Shown here: piece by piece, positions 1 through 10,300 of the stretch
How positions within the stretch are numbered: position 1 is the first letter of the stretch
How the letters are laid out: each line of letters opens with the position of its first letter
Source: an archaeon
Lineage (GTDB): Archaea; Nanobdellota; Nanobdellia; Pacearchaeales; GW2011-AR1
Reading direction: 5' to 3'
Length of the DNA stretch: 64,000 nt
Assembly (NCBI GenBank): GCA_018693315.1
Contig: JABHLR010000004.1
Span: forward strand, 34,138-98,137
The notes under the pieces: model-generated
The model's input: the letters and a program-made list of their open reading frames with translations, nothing else
Databases searched by the model: none
What the model was told of the DNA's origin: nothing
Made by a program: the position numbers and the translations under genes

Positions 1-89
1 TAAATAAAAATCACCCTATAAATTCACACCCAACTCCAAAACATATTTCCCAAACCAACAATTATATAAAACCAGCTTCACTTTCAATA

Positions 90-842
90 CTATATTTTCC
101 CACTCTTACAAAACTCATCAACAATCTTCGCCGCAACCTTCACAGTCCGAAAATCATACCTCTCATCCTTCACAACATCAACCTCGACGACATCAATCGC
201 CCTCAAGCTCTTAACACAAAAAATTCTCCTAAGCAAATAAAACAATTCCTTAGAACTCAAACCATTAGGCTCAGCATAACTAACACCCGGCGCAACCGCA
301 GGATCCAAAACATCAATATCAACCGAAACATAAACATCTTTCCCATTCGCATTCTCAGTAACATAATCCCCAATCGCTTCCACGTCGTAAACCTCAGAGA
401 AAACCTTAATCCCCTTCTCCTTCAAAAATTTCCTCTCAACATCCCACATCTTCCTCGCCCCAATCAAAACAATATTCTCCGGCTTAAACCCAGAATCAAC
501 AACTCCCCGCAACCACTCCTCATGCGTAGGCTCCTTCGCACAATAATCACAATCAGCATGCGCATCAAACACAATCAAAAAAGAATTCTCAAGACTTTCA
601 TTAAACGCCTTCACAATCGGATACGAAATAGAATGATCTCCACCAACAAACACTGCTCTCTCATTATCCTCAAAAACCTCTCTAGCCTTCTCATAAATAA
701 TCTTCCCACTTTCTTCAACATTAGAATTATCAACAATAATTTCCTCAGCCTCGACACCAAGCTCAGCAACAATCTTATCCGCCGCGCCCTCAGGCCCACT
801 CTTCCCAAGCGCACTAACTCCCGCAACTTTCAAAATCTTCAT
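90..842 (-). CDS. arginase/agmatinase-family ureohydrolase
   Basis: ORF 90..890 (-). Mn-ureohydrolase motifs GGDHSISYP, VFDAHADCD and SVDIDVLDPAVAPG. Start trimmed to MKILKVAG. Confidence 0.8.
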   Translation of the reverse strand: MKILKVAGVSALGKSGPEGAADKIVAELGVEAEEIIVDNSNVEESGKIIYEKAREVFEDNERAVFVGGDHSISYPIVKAFNESLENSFLIVFDAHADCDYCAKEPTHEEWLRGVVDSGFKPENIVLIGARKMWDVERKFLKEKGIKVFSEVYDVEAIGDYVTENANGKDVYVSVDIDVLDPAVAPGVSYAEPNGLSSKELFYLLRRIFCVKSLRAIDVVEVDVVKDERYDFRTVKVAAKIVDEFCKSGKI

Positions 843-965
843 TAGAAAAAATCTCCCGATTTTTGACAAGCAAGGGCTCCGCCATTGCAATATCTAAAAA
901 CCTGTGCTTCAGCACATTTATACATCATTAAAATACATAAAATTCACAGCTATTAAAGCTTTAGA

Positions 966-3350
966 TTAACCAATATATCTCCACAGAGAACCATCTGAAT
1001 CTCTAGAAAAGAGACTACCTTGGTGCAACACACCATATTCACTAACCCCAGTGTCTACCCAATCACTTCCATCATAATGATAAACATGCGTTCCATTCGA
1101 AACAAAATCACCCTCAAAATGACTAACACTGGATAACTCAGAAGGAAATCCTATTGATTCCCAACTATAACCATTATCATAATAATAACGGTGAATATCA
1201 TTATCTGCCTCCATAACATAAAGTGCACTGTTGGCATACGAAATATACGACATAGAATTAATAGTCTCCCCCGTATAACCCTTAGAGTCCCATTCACTGT
1301 TACCATAATCATAAGCAAACACATCACTTCCATCAGTAATATAACGACCAGCAACACTATCAACATCCCCTCCATCATAATCTCCTAACACCCACGCACC
1401 ACCACTATAATAATAAACACGATCATCATTCGCAGCGATACCATCCCCTAAAACATCAACCTCAGATTCATGCTCAGAATAATCTGTAGTTTTCCACGTG
1501 TAGCCACCACCCTGCCAAGTATGATAATAAATATCTCCAGCACTGTCTGCAACATAGTAACCATATCCAGTCTTATCAACATCCGAAGAATAGGATGTAT
1601 CACTACAAGAAGAGCTTCCTCCCCCCGACTGACAACGATAAATACTGTCACCATTAAAAAGATAGCCATTTTCAACCTTATCAATAGATCCGGAATAACT
1701 AAAAGGAGTAAAACCACTCCCGCTATTATAATATACTTCATTACTACTTCCATACACATAATAAGTATCATTAGACACGCCATAAACAGACGACATTCCA
1801 GGATAATTTACATTTTCCCAATTAGGCCCAATACTAAGGCCAGAGTTACAATAATCATAAGTTGAAGAGGAAAGCCAACTACCACAAGTACCACCTACAG
1901 TATCAAAAGTATTATCACTACCTCCTTGACTGTCTGTACTTGATTCACAATAAACATCACTTTCAAGACTAGCTCCCTCGCAGAAATAATTGTTATTAAT
2001 TCTGTTGTAATTGCTGCTAGAAGCCAAATAAATACCAAAATCATTAAAGGATAAGCTATTATTATATATGTCAACATAATTACTCCCCTCAATCTTAATT
2101 CCATAACCATAGTTGTTTTGACCATTTCTGGAAATATTATTATACTGAATATAATCATAATGGTTAGAATTATCTCCATCACTATAAACCATATGAACTC
2201 CATAACCAGAATTATCCGAAATATTATTCCCCTCTATCTGATCAGTAGTATAACTGCCACCATCACTTCCCATAGAAGCATAATAGGAAGAAACACCCGC
2301 ATAATTATCCTTTATCTCAATCCCATAAATATAAGCCCCACGACTATAAGAAAGAAGTACTCCCTCGGTAAACCCATTTATATTTCCGGGGCCGTAAATA
2401 TAAACATTATTCACATTATTCACATAAATCCCAGAATCATCTCCGTTGGTATAAGAACCACCTTGGCTCCCAGATCCACTAATCGAATGCCCATTCAAAT
2501 TAATATTAACATCATCAGCAGTAACCGTGAGACACGTACCCGAACTAGTCGAAATACTTCTATCCAAATCATACGTTCTACCAGAAACATCCAAATCATC
2601 TCCGCCACAATCCTGAATCACATAATCATAACTACACAACCCATCAGAACACCCATTATAACAATAATTTTCTGTTTCGTTAATAATCTCATCCACCCCA
2701 CAAACACCAGCGCCAATATCACAACGAGGATTCGTAGATTGATACACCGCATAACTACCAATACATTTATCCTCATAACTCACAAGACCACAATCAATAT
2801 CAGCAGCACAAATAGAAGGAACCAAATATTCGCCATCCAGCTGGGCCCCTTCATAATTTCCCTCAAGAATAGAAGGCGCGCTAATCGACGACGAGAAAGA
2901 ACAAACAGTCTCTCTGTTTCCATCAATTGAAACTGGCGCAATCTTTATCGTACTCGGAGCAATATATGAACCACCCTCCATTCCCTTACCTGTCAAATTA
3001 AAACATTTTTTCTTCATCGCACTAGAAACAGGAATATCATCACCAGAAAAATTCCCCTTCATTTCAATCGAAGATCCACCATAATCAAACAAAACATCAA
3101 TCCTACTCAAATTAGATTTCCCACTCACTTTCTTAACCTGCACACAAGCAACCCCATCAGCATAATCAAAAAAAGTATAACCATCAGCGTTATTGATAAT
3201 CACAGTCGCATCACAATCTCCTGCACCAAACCCATTCTGAATCATTGGAATAATAAGCGTCCAAACAATCGCAACCCCAGCAACAGTTATCAAAATAGTC
3301 AAAATCGTAGCGACAATCGCAGAAACACCCTTCTTATCACCAAATCTCAT
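966..3350 (-). CDS. large secreted surface protein with archaeal class III (pilin-type) signal peptide and beta-helix-like repeats
   Basis: ORF 966..3368 (-). The N-terminus MRFGDKKG/VSAIVATILTILITVAGVAIVW resembles an archaellin/pilin N-terminal signal. The middle has NNISDNSGYGV / NNISRNGQNNYGYGI type parallel-beta-helix repeats. The C-terminal half is Y/G/D/S-rich repeats. Confidence 0.7.
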   Translation of the reverse strand: MRFGDKKGVSAIVATILTILITVAGVAIVWTLIIPMIQNGFGAGDCDATVIINNADGYTFFDYADGVACVQVKKVSGKSNLSRIDVLFDYGGSSIEMKGNFSGDDIPVSSAMKKKCFNLTGKGMEGGSYIAPSTIKIAPVSIDGNRETVCSFSSSISAPSILEGNYEGAQLDGEYLVPSICAADIDCGLVSYEDKCIGSYAVYQSTNPRCDIGAGVCGVDEIINETENYCYNGCSDGLCSYDYVIQDCGGDDLDVSGRTYDLDRSISTSSGTCLTVTADDVNINLNGHSISGSGSQGGSYTNGDDSGIYVNNVNNVYIYGPGNINGFTEGVLLSYSRGAYIYGIEIKDNYAGVSSYYASMGSDGGSYTTDQIEGNNISDNSGYGVHMVYSDGDNSNHYDYIQYNNISRNGQNNYGYGIKIEGSNYVDIYNNSLSFNDFGIYLASSSNYNRINNNYFCEGASLESDVYCESSTDSQGGSDNTFDTVGGTCGSWLSSSTYDYCNSGLSIGPNWENVNYPGMSSVYGVSNDTYYVYGSSNEVYYNSGSGFTPFSYSGSIDKVENGYLFNGDSIYRCQSGGGSSSCSDTSYSSDVDKTGYGYYVADSAGDIYYHTWQGGGYTWKTTDYSEHESEVDVLGDGIAANDDRVYYYSGGAWVLGDYDGGDVDSVAGRYITDGSDVFAYDYGNSEWDSKGYTGETINSMSYISYANSALYVMEADNDIHRYYYDNGYSWESIGFPSELSSVSHFEGDFVSNGTHVYHYDGSDWVDTGVSEYGVLHQGSLFSRDSDGSLWRYIG

Positions 3351-3381
3351 AAAAAACATTAGAAACAATACTATTTAAAAC

Positions 3382-4584
3382 TTAAGGCCCGAGGCTAAAA
3401 CTAGAAAACTTAGAGATCTTCGCTAATCTCTTAATATCAGCCAAACTCACAGCCATAATTTTCTTTCCATAATTATAATAATCTTTAGAATCCCCACTGA
3501 TTTCTTCCAAAATCAAATTAAGCGCCGTAGCCTCCGATCCCTCAGACTCAACATGCCGATTCCCAACAACCTGAACCTTCGCCGCTTCCAACTCCTCACT
3601 AGTTATCGAACCCATTTTCCCAAACTCCTCCAAACAAACATCAAGAACCTCTTGCCGCTTTTCCTCATCAGTTCCTGCATAAATAATCATATAACCATAT
3701 TCCTTACCTAAATCAACATCACTCTTAACAGCATAAACCAACCCCCTCTTCTCACGAACTTCTGTAAACAGCTTCGACGACATCCCCTGCCCCAAAATCG
3801 CAGAAAATAACTCAGCAGCATAACGCCCATTCTCTTTGGCAAAAGGGAAATGGAATCCAATCGCCAAATTAGTCTGCTCAACCCCTGGCCGACTCTCACT
3901 ATCTTTCAAAATCTTCTCAGAAATTTTAGGAACCGAAACCTTAACCACATCTTTCTTCTCACTAAACTTCTCAGCAATCTCAACAACCTCCTCAAAATCA
4001 TTACTCCCAACAACACACAAAATCGAATTACTCGGAACGTAAGCTTCACGATGCTTATTATATAGGGTATCCCTACTCATCCCTTTAACATTCTCCGCGC
4101 TACCAGCAATCGACATACCAAATGGAGCCTCATACAAATTCTCCTTAATCTTCTCAATCGTGTGCCTAATCGGATTATCCTTATACATCTTAATTTCCTC
4201 ACAAATCACATTCCCTTCTTTCTCAACTTCCTCCTCAGGAAAAATAGCATTAAAAAAAACATCCGAAATAACACTCATGGCAATATCCAAATGCTCAGAC
4301 GGCAACTTCACATGATAAGCCGTAACCTCTTCGTGAGTAAAAGCATTCAAATCACCACCAACCCTCTCGACCTCTTCAGCAATCTGCTTAACAGTTCTAT
4401 TCGCGGTTCCCTTAAAACACAAATGCTCAATAAAATGCGCCATACCCTTTTCCTCAACCGATTCATAAGCTGAACCATACTTCGCCGCCAACATCACAGT
4501 GGTCACCGGGACATCTCTCTTCTCAAACAAAACAGTCAAACCATTTTTCAAAACTTTTTTCTTAAAATTTATCATACAATTCAA
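3382..4584 (-). CDS. M16 (pitrilysin/insulinase) family zinc peptidase
   Basis: HxxEH zinc motif HFIEHLCFKGT near the N-terminus. The 400-aa two-lobe length is typical of the family. Confidence 0.8.
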   Translation of the reverse strand: MNCMINFKKKVLKNGLTVLFEKRDVPVTTVMLAAKYGSAYESVEEKGMAHFIEHLCFKGTANRTVKQIAEEVERVGGDLNAFTHEEVTAYHVKLPSEHLDIAMSVISDVFFNAIFPEEEVEKEGNVICEEIKMYKDNPIRHTIEKIKENLYEAPFGMSIAGSAENVKGMSRDTLYNKHREAYVPSNSILCVVGSNDFEEVVEIAEKFSEKKDVVKVSVPKISEKILKDSESRPGVEQTNLAIGFHFPFAKENGRYAAELFSAILGQGMSSKLFTEVREKRGLVYAVKSDVDLGKEYGYMIIYAGTDEEKRQEVLDVCLEEFGKMGSITSEELEAAKVQVVGNRHVESEGSEATALNLILEEISGDSKDYYNYGKKIMAVSLADIKRLAKISKFSSFSLGP

Positions 4585-4642
4585 AAACGCAACCTACTTA
4601 AATAACTTTCTCCTCGTAATTACAACTAAAAAGAGGTATAAC

Positions 4643-4984
4643 ATGGAATTAGACTTAATCGGGAAGTGGGCATTTATCATTGGATTAGTTATCGCTGTCC
4701 TTGCCGCATTTGTTACTCAAGTTGAAACATCTACTATTCTACTGATCCTATTCATCTTAGGTTTGATAGTTGGTGCTTTAAACATTAACAAAAAGAACAC
4801 TACTGAATTTCTGGTTTCTGTAATCGCTCTACTCGCAGTAGGAAGTCTCGGTGCATTAGCAGTCGGACAACTTATAGAAGTAGTAGGATACCTAGAAGCA
4901 ATCTTGGGCAACTTTATAGTATTTGTCGCAGCTGCTGCTCTAGTCGTATCTATTAAAGCAATTATAGTTACATCAAAGAAATAA
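4643..4984 (+). CDS. small integral membrane protein
   Basis: 113 aa with about three hydrophobic helices. aagaggt (SD-like) lies 7 nt before ATG 4643. The track ORF from 4499 overlaps the neighbouring gene and is too long. G/C are roughly balanced, unlike neighbouring + strand genes. Confidence 0.55.
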   Translation: MELDLIGKWAFIIGLVIAVLAAFVTQVETSTILLILFILGLIVGALNINKKNTTEFLVSVIALLAVGSLGALAVGQLIEVVGYLEAILGNFIVFVAAAALVVSIKAIIVTSKK

Positions 4985-4994
4985 ACAAAAAAAA

Positions 4995-5744
4995 TTATTT
5001 TTTATTTTTTAATATTATTATTCTTTCTCCGAACATCGGGAACTCTTTCTCGATCAAAAACTCTTCCATCAAAAAATCCATTATCCACTTTCTCTGAACT
5101 GCAAATTTTTTCCTACCACCCAAACTCTCCGTCGGCAAACTCAAAACAATCCATTCACACTCCTTAGAAATATCCAATAAAAACTTCTTAGAAAAATCCT
5201 TCTCTAAATTCTCCAAAGCATCAACAACCTGAAACAAAAAAACAACTCTATCTCTACCCTGCTTCTTCAAAACATCTTTAATTTTTTCAACATCAAATAA
5301 ATCCAAGCAAAAAGCCTCAGCATTAAAATCATTCTCCTCAAAATAATTATTCATATGATCAACCTCTTGCCCAGCCGCCTCGACCGCCACATATTTAACC
5401 GGACCAATCGCATCCTTCAAATATTCATAACTAAACCCATTAACTCCCGCGCCCAAATCAACCACAGAAGAAATATTCCTCATATACTCTGGGGCCATTC
5501 CCTCCTGCGAAAAAATCTCTCCATAAAATTTCTCATAATCCCTCTTTTTACTAGACATATGATGACCCAGTAAATCATCTTTCCCCTTCAAAACCCTATT
5601 CGTCAAAAACACACCAAAGTATTTTCTCAACAAAGCCCTAACTTCCTTAACATCATCACCCGCAATTCCAACCGCTCGCTCAACAACCGAATCCGGCAAC
5701 TTAGAAAACTCACGCTTCTTCTTAACTTCGTCAACTAAACTCAT
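4995..5744 (-). CDS. FmrO/ArmA/Rmt-family 16S rRNA (guanine-N7) methyltransferase-like protein
   Basis: SAM motif VVDLGAGVNGFSYEY. SLPTESLGGRKK..KWIMDF and VKKKREFSKLPDSVVERAV line up (from memory) with ArmA/RmtB FPIKSLSGKEKG / FPTRSLGGRGKG and KKYENLDSDIVEKVV. Confidence 0.6.
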   Translation of the reverse strand: MSLVDEVKKKREFSKLPDSVVERAVGIAGDDVKEVRALLRKYFGVFLTNRVLKGKDDLLGHHMSSKKRDYEKFYGEIFSQEGMAPEYMRNISSVVDLGAGVNGFSYEYLKDAIGPVKYVAVEAAGQEVDHMNNYFEENDFNAEAFCLDLFDVEKIKDVLKKQGRDRVVFLFQVVDALENLEKDFSKKFLLDISKECEWIVLSLPTESLGGRKKFAVQRKWIMDFLMEEFLIEKEFPMFGERIIILKNKK

Positions 5745-6436
5745 TTTACAACCACATCCTTCATCAAATGCCTAAACTCCCCCTCACTCTCAACATCAAA
5801 ATCGATATCAATCCTCGAACTATATCCCGGCATATTCAAAACCGTCGTCTCAGCCTCGCCCCCCTCAAAATCCAACCTAAACTTAAACTTCTCCGACAAC
5901 TTCCTTAACTCGCCAAGAGCCTTCTCGTCAATAACCCGGCCAAGCCACTCCTTCCCAATCCCGTCACAAGCAATCTTAATCATAATAACCTCAAAACCGG
6001 GCTCACCAGAGTCATGCCCGCCGAGGGCCTCGCCAATCAACTCGTCCCAAAGTTTCTCCGGCTCATAATCCCAAAGCGGCGCAACAAACTCCAACCCAAA
6101 ATCATCACAAATTTTCTTAACCCGTTTCCCCTGATAACTTGAGGCAATTCCACCGACGACAATTCCATCAACATCATCCTTAACTTTTTCAATCAACCTA
6201 CTCAAATCATCCAACTCCTCATTCTCAACACCCTCGCTCTCAACAGAAACCATCTCAATCCCCAACCTCTCAACCTGCGCATCCAACAAACCCTTATCCT
6301 GCTTATGAAACATAAAACTATCAATATTCCTCGGATTTATGTTCAACAAATATTTGACATCCCGCCCCTCCTCCAAAACCTTATGCAAAGCTAAACACGA
6401 ATCCTTCCCTCCCGAAAACAATACTCCCAGCTTCAT
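5741..6436 (-). CDS. PP-loop ATP pyrophosphatase, MJ0570/Dph6 (diphthine-ammonia ligase) family
   Basis: N-terminal MKLGVLFSGGKDSCLAL (SGGKDS PP-loop). 231 aa. 4-nt overlap with the methyltransferase gene downstream. Confidence 0.7.
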   Translation of the reverse strand: MKLGVLFSGGKDSCLALHKVLEEGRDVKYLLNINPRNIDSFMFHKQDKGLLDAQVERLGIEMVSVESEGVENEELDDLSRLIEKVKDDVDGIVVGGIASSYQGKRVKKICDDFGLEFVAPLWDYEPEKLWDELIGEALGGHDSGEPGFEVIMIKIACDGIGKEWLGRVIDEKALGELRKLSEKFKFRLDFEGGEAETTVLNMPGYSSRIDIDFDVESEGEFRHLMKDVVVK

Positions 6437-6470
6437 AAATACTTAACAAAAAATCAATTTAACAACCTTA

Positions 6471-6866
6471 CTACTTCTTATTTTTCCACTTATTTCTCGG
6501 TTTCCGCAAAAACAAATAAGCAAAATAAGCAACTAGCAAAACAAATATCACTCCGAAAACAAGAGCAAGATAAAAATTAAGCGTGTACTTCTCATCAGCC
6601 TCACCGCCAGAATAATCCGGAGCAGTATAACCGTAATCATAAGGAACATCGGTCACATCATCATCACTATCATTATTAGTGTCGTTAATAACAATTGGAT
6701 CAACATCAACATCGGTATCGTTAATATCAGTATCATTATCACTTTCGTTATTGGAATCCCTATCCGAATTAATATCCCCCCAATCTCCTGCAGCACAAAC
6801 TAATCCAATCGCAAAAACAAAAACAAACAGCCACACAAATCCTTTTCCTATAAATTTCTTTAGCAT
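6471..6866 (-). CDS. membrane-anchored acidic D/N-rich protein
   Basis: Signal/anchor MLKKFIGKGFVWLFVFVFAIGLVCAAG, a D/N-rich middle, and a C-terminal TM plus KPRNKWKNKK. Start trimmed from 6989 to avoid overlapping the divergent GTPase gene. Confidence 0.5.
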   Translation of the reverse strand: MLKKFIGKGFVWLFVFVFAIGLVCAAGDWGDINSDRDSNNESDNDTDINDTDVDVDPIVINDTNNDSDDDVTDVPYDYGYTAPDYSGGEADEKYTLNFYLALVFGVIFVLLVAYFAYLFLRKPRNKWKNKK

Positions 6867-6935
6867 TTTCTCGCAAGAAAATGATTCATGAAAGTTTTCC
6901 ATAACTTTCTTAAACCAAGTTACTTTAATAATCTT

Positions 6936-7850
6936 ATGGCGTCGACAAACCAATCCCCATTCTACCAAAGAGCTGAAGAAGAATTCCACAAAGCAACAAC
7001 AGACGAAGAAAGAATCGCATGCCTAGAGATAATGATGAAAGAGGTCCCAAAACACAAGTCCTCAGAAAACATGCGAAAAAATCTAACCAATCGTTATAAA
7101 AAATTAAAATCTGGACTCGCAAAACAAAAAAAAGCTGGAAAATCATCACAACAGGGAATAAAAAAAGCTGACATGCAATGCGTCCTAGCTGGATTCCCAA
7201 ACGTCGGCAAATCAACAATTTTCAAAACCCTAACAAAACTAAATCCAAAAATTTCCCCCCACCCATTCACAACATACAAACCACAACTCGGAACATTCAA
7301 ACACGAAGATGCACCAATTCAAATCATCGACATCCCATCATTTCCAGGCCACGAAAAATCCTTAGTCAACTCAACCGACACATTGCTACTAGTCGTGGAT
7401 AATATCGAACAAATCAAAGAAGCCGAAAAACACACATACAGAACAAAAGCAAAAATAATTCTAATATTCAACAAAGAAGATATTCTTTCAGAAAACGAAA
7501 AACGAAAAATTGAAGCAACCCTAAAATCAAAATACAAAAAATTAGATTACATATTTTTTTCAACAAAACCAACAAAAGACAAACTGAACAAACTTACAAA
7601 AAAAATATTTGACACATTTCCAATAATTAGAATTTACACCAAAGAACCAAAAAAAGCTGCAAGCAAAGATCCAATGATAATGAAGGAAAAGTCAACCTTC
7701 AAGAACGCAGCGGAAAAAATCCTAAAAGGTGTATCTAAAAAAATCAAACGAGCAAGAATTTGGGGTCCATCCTCAAAATTCGGCGGGCAAGTGATAGGAC
7801 TAGAGCACGTACTAAAAGACAAAGACATCATTGAATTCCAAACCAAATGA
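6936..7850 (+). CDS. DRG/Obg-family GTPase with C-terminal TGS domain
   Basis: P-loop GFPNVGKST, IIDIPS (G3-like) and a TGS-like end KDKDIIEFQTK. ATG 6936 lies 22 nt after a TTCTTAAA box. Confidence 0.8.
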   Translation: MASTNQSPFYQRAEEEFHKATTDEERIACLEIMMKEVPKHKSSENMRKNLTNRYKKLKSGLAKQKKAGKSSQQGIKKADMQCVLAGFPNVGKSTIFKTLTKLNPKISPHPFTTYKPQLGTFKHEDAPIQIIDIPSFPGHEKSLVNSTDTLLLVVDNIEQIKEAEKHTYRTKAKIILIFNKEDILSENEKRKIEATLKSKYKKLDYIFFSTKPTKDKLNKLTKKIFDTFPIIRIYTKEPKKAASKDPMIMKEKSTFKNAAEKILKGVSKKIKRARIWGPSSKFGGQVIGLEHVLKDKDIIEFQTK

Positions 7851-8137
7851 GACTCCATAAAATAACTTTCATTCTCTCACTCTTCGGAATTCTACTCCTA
7901 ATCTTCCTAACACAAACGACAAAACAAACTCAAATCGCCACAATAGAATCAATCCAATCCTCAAGCAACAAAATAATAATCCAAATCGAAAACAGCTCAG
8001 CGGAACTAATTATATTCGACACACCCTTCACAAATCTCAAAAAAGGCGACACAATAGAATTCCAAGGACGTCGAGACACTTACAAAAACAAAACACAGAT
8101 TATAGTAGACAAACTACACTTAGCGCCACCACAATAA
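7847..8137 (+). CDS. membrane-anchored OB-fold protein
   Basis: 96 aa. An N-terminal TM helix is followed by an OB-like core (KIIIQIENSSAELIIFD..GDTIEFQGRRDTYKNKTQIIVDKL). ATGA overlap with the upstream gene. Confidence 0.5.
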   Translation: MRLHKITFILSLFGILLLIFLTQTTKQTQIATIESIQSSSNKIIIQIENSSAELIIFDTPFTNLKKGDTIEFQGRRDTYKNKTQIIVDKLHLAPPQ

Positions 8138-8168
8138 TTCTTATAAGCTCAATAACAGCTATCTTAAT

Positions 8169-8861
8169 ATGACAACCAAACCGACTCTCTCAATAATTAT
8201 TCCAATATACAACGAAAAAACGACAATCAGAAAAATCTTAGAAAAAATCCAAACTCAAGAAATACCAAAAGAAATAATTATCATAGATGACGGCTCAACT
8301 GATGGAACAAGAGAAATTATCCAAAACATAAATTACCCAAACATCAAAAAAATATTTCTCAAAAAAAATTACGGGAAAAGCGCCGCAATAAGGTGTGGGA
8401 TAAAAAGAGTGGAAGGAAAAATAACACTAATTCAAGACGCAGATCTCGAATACTCCCCAAACGACTACCACAAACTAATAGATCCAATTATTCAAAACAA
8501 AACACGAGTCGTCTACGGAACACGATTCCCAAGAAAGAGAAGACCAAAAAACATTTCCCTCTTCTATTTGGGAATCAAACTCCTAACGCTCATAACAAAC
8601 ATCTTATACAAAACAAAACTCACAGATGAAGCAACCTGCTACAAAGTCTTCGACACAAAACTCCTAAAAAGCATTAACCTAAAATCCCGAAGATTTGAAT
8701 TCTGTCCAGAAGTCACAGCAAAACTATCAAAAAAAGGACATAAAATAATGGAGATCCCAGTCTACTATAACCCAAGATCAAAAAAACACGGCAAAAAAAT
8801 AAGATATCGCGACGGAATCTCCGCAATCGCCACTTTAATAAAATACAAATTCGTCGATTAA
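8169..8861 (+). CDS. family 2 glycosyltransferase (dolichyl-phosphate sugar synthase-like)
   Basis: IIIPIYNE, IIIDDGSTDGT and DADLEY (DxD) motifs. CTTATAAG box 22 nt before the ATG. Confidence 0.85.
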   Translation: MTTKPTLSIIIPIYNEKTTIRKILEKIQTQEIPKEIIIIDDGSTDGTREIIQNINYPNIKKIFLKKNYGKSAAIRCGIKRVEGKITLIQDADLEYSPNDYHKLIDPIIQNKTRVVYGTRFPRKRRPKNISLFYLGIKLLTLITNILYKTKLTDEATCYKVFDTKLLKSINLKSRRFEFCPEVTAKLSKKGHKIMEIPVYYNPRSKKHGKKIRYRDGISAIATLIKYKFVD

Positions 8862-8863
8862 CC

Positions 8864-10300
8864 ATGAATAAGAAAAAAATCCTAATCGTCATCGCAATTT
8901 TAATAGCGACGTTCTTCTTTGTTTATTCTCCCCATATAAACTACAGGTTCCCAATCCACATCGACGAATGGCATCACATAACCGAGACACTAAAACTAGG
9001 AAGCGGAGAATATCAAATTCAAGGAACTGACGGAATAAGAACAATGGGTTTCGAGCTCGGATTCCATGCAATACTTCTTCCAGTCTCTCGAATAACAAAC
9101 CTAGTCCAAACCTACCAATTCTTCCCAGCAATATGGGCAATGGTTTCAGCCCTCACCTTATTTTTACTCGTCTATAAAAAAACCAACAAATTTCTGATTG
9201 GAATTATAGCAATGATATTCTTCGCCTCAATAAAAACAAACACAAACCTCGCCGGCCCATGGTTCTTCACACCCCTAACATTCTCAGTCCCGTTCATATT
9301 CCTATATCTCTATCTCTTCACCGAAGGAATCGAAAAACAAAACAAAAAATTCATAATATGGAGCTTAATCATCATGGCGTTCCTTCTCCCGATCCACGCA
9401 ATCGCCGTCCTATTCGCAATCCCATTCCTAATAATCCACGCACTATTCTACCTCGACTACATCAAAAAAGAGAAAAAATTCTTCCTATCATTTCTCGCCA
9501 TCCCGATCATCGGCGCAATCTTCTACAGCATCATGACACAAACAAACATTTTCACATCGATAATCTCAATCCTAAAAGACCTCCAATTCAAAACAGGTTG
9601 GGGCGTCGTCGAAATAAAAAACTCATTCTTTGAACTCTACAGCCCAATAGGATATATTCTCGCAGCATTCGGAGCAATAGGTATCTTCTTATTCCAGGTC
9701 AAGCCAAAAAAATTCATTCCATATATCATCCTACCACTTACCATCCTAATCTCAATTTTCATCTACAGACTAACCGGAACATCATTCCTATCCCCTTATC
9801 AAAGAAACATGTTTTACCTCGCAATTAGCCTCCCTATACTAAGCGCCTTCGGAACATTTTACATAATCGAAATAATCTCGCTAAAAACAAAAAAAGAACT
9901 GACAAAAAAAATATTAACGATTTTAATAATTGCAATCGTCGCATTTTTCACATTCCAATCATATTTCTTTGTACCAGAACGCTTCCCAATATATCACGCC
10001 ATCGAAGAAAAAGATTACGCCACAGTAGACTTTCTCTCAACGCTGCCACCAAACTCAACCATAATGGGCTGGGCTTTCATTTCCACAACAATCTACCCAA
10101 TCTCTCAACAAAACCCAGTCGCCACAATATTCTTCTACGGAAATCGCTCAAAAATAAGAGAATTCTATGGTATTCCAAACTGCGTCAATCAAGAAAAAAT
10201 CATGAAAGAGGAAAATGCAACATACGCAATTTTCAATTCACAAGTACCGTGTAACTGGGAACTGATATACAACGGAGAAAACGTTGTTTACAAAATTTAA
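8864..10300 (+). CDS. polytopic membrane protein, possible GT-C (ArnT/PMT-like) glycosyltransferase
   Basis: 478 aa with at least 10 hydrophobic helices. Follows the GT2 gene by 2 nt. Called on architecture and context only; no motif verified. Confidence 0.4.
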   Translation: MNKKKILIVIAILIATFFFVYSPHINYRFPIHIDEWHHITETLKLGSGEYQIQGTDGIRTMGFELGFHAILLPVSRITNLVQTYQFFPAIWAMVSALTLFLLVYKKTNKFLIGIIAMIFFASIKTNTNLAGPWFFTPLTFSVPFIFLYLYLFTEGIEKQNKKFIIWSLIIMAFLLPIHAIAVLFAIPFLIIHALFYLDYIKKEKKFFLSFLAIPIIGAIFYSIMTQTNIFTSIISILKDLQFKTGWGVVEIKNSFFELYSPIGYILAAFGAIGIFLFQVKPKKFIPYIILPLTILISIFIYRLTGTSFLSPYQRNMFYLAISLPILSAFGTFYIIEIISLKTKKELTKKILTILIIAIVAFFTFQSYFFVPERFPIYHAIEEKDYATVDFLSTLPPNSTIMGWAFISTTIYPISQQNPVATIFFYGNRSKIREFYGIPNCVNQEKIMKEENATYAIFNSQVPCNWELIYNGENVVYKI

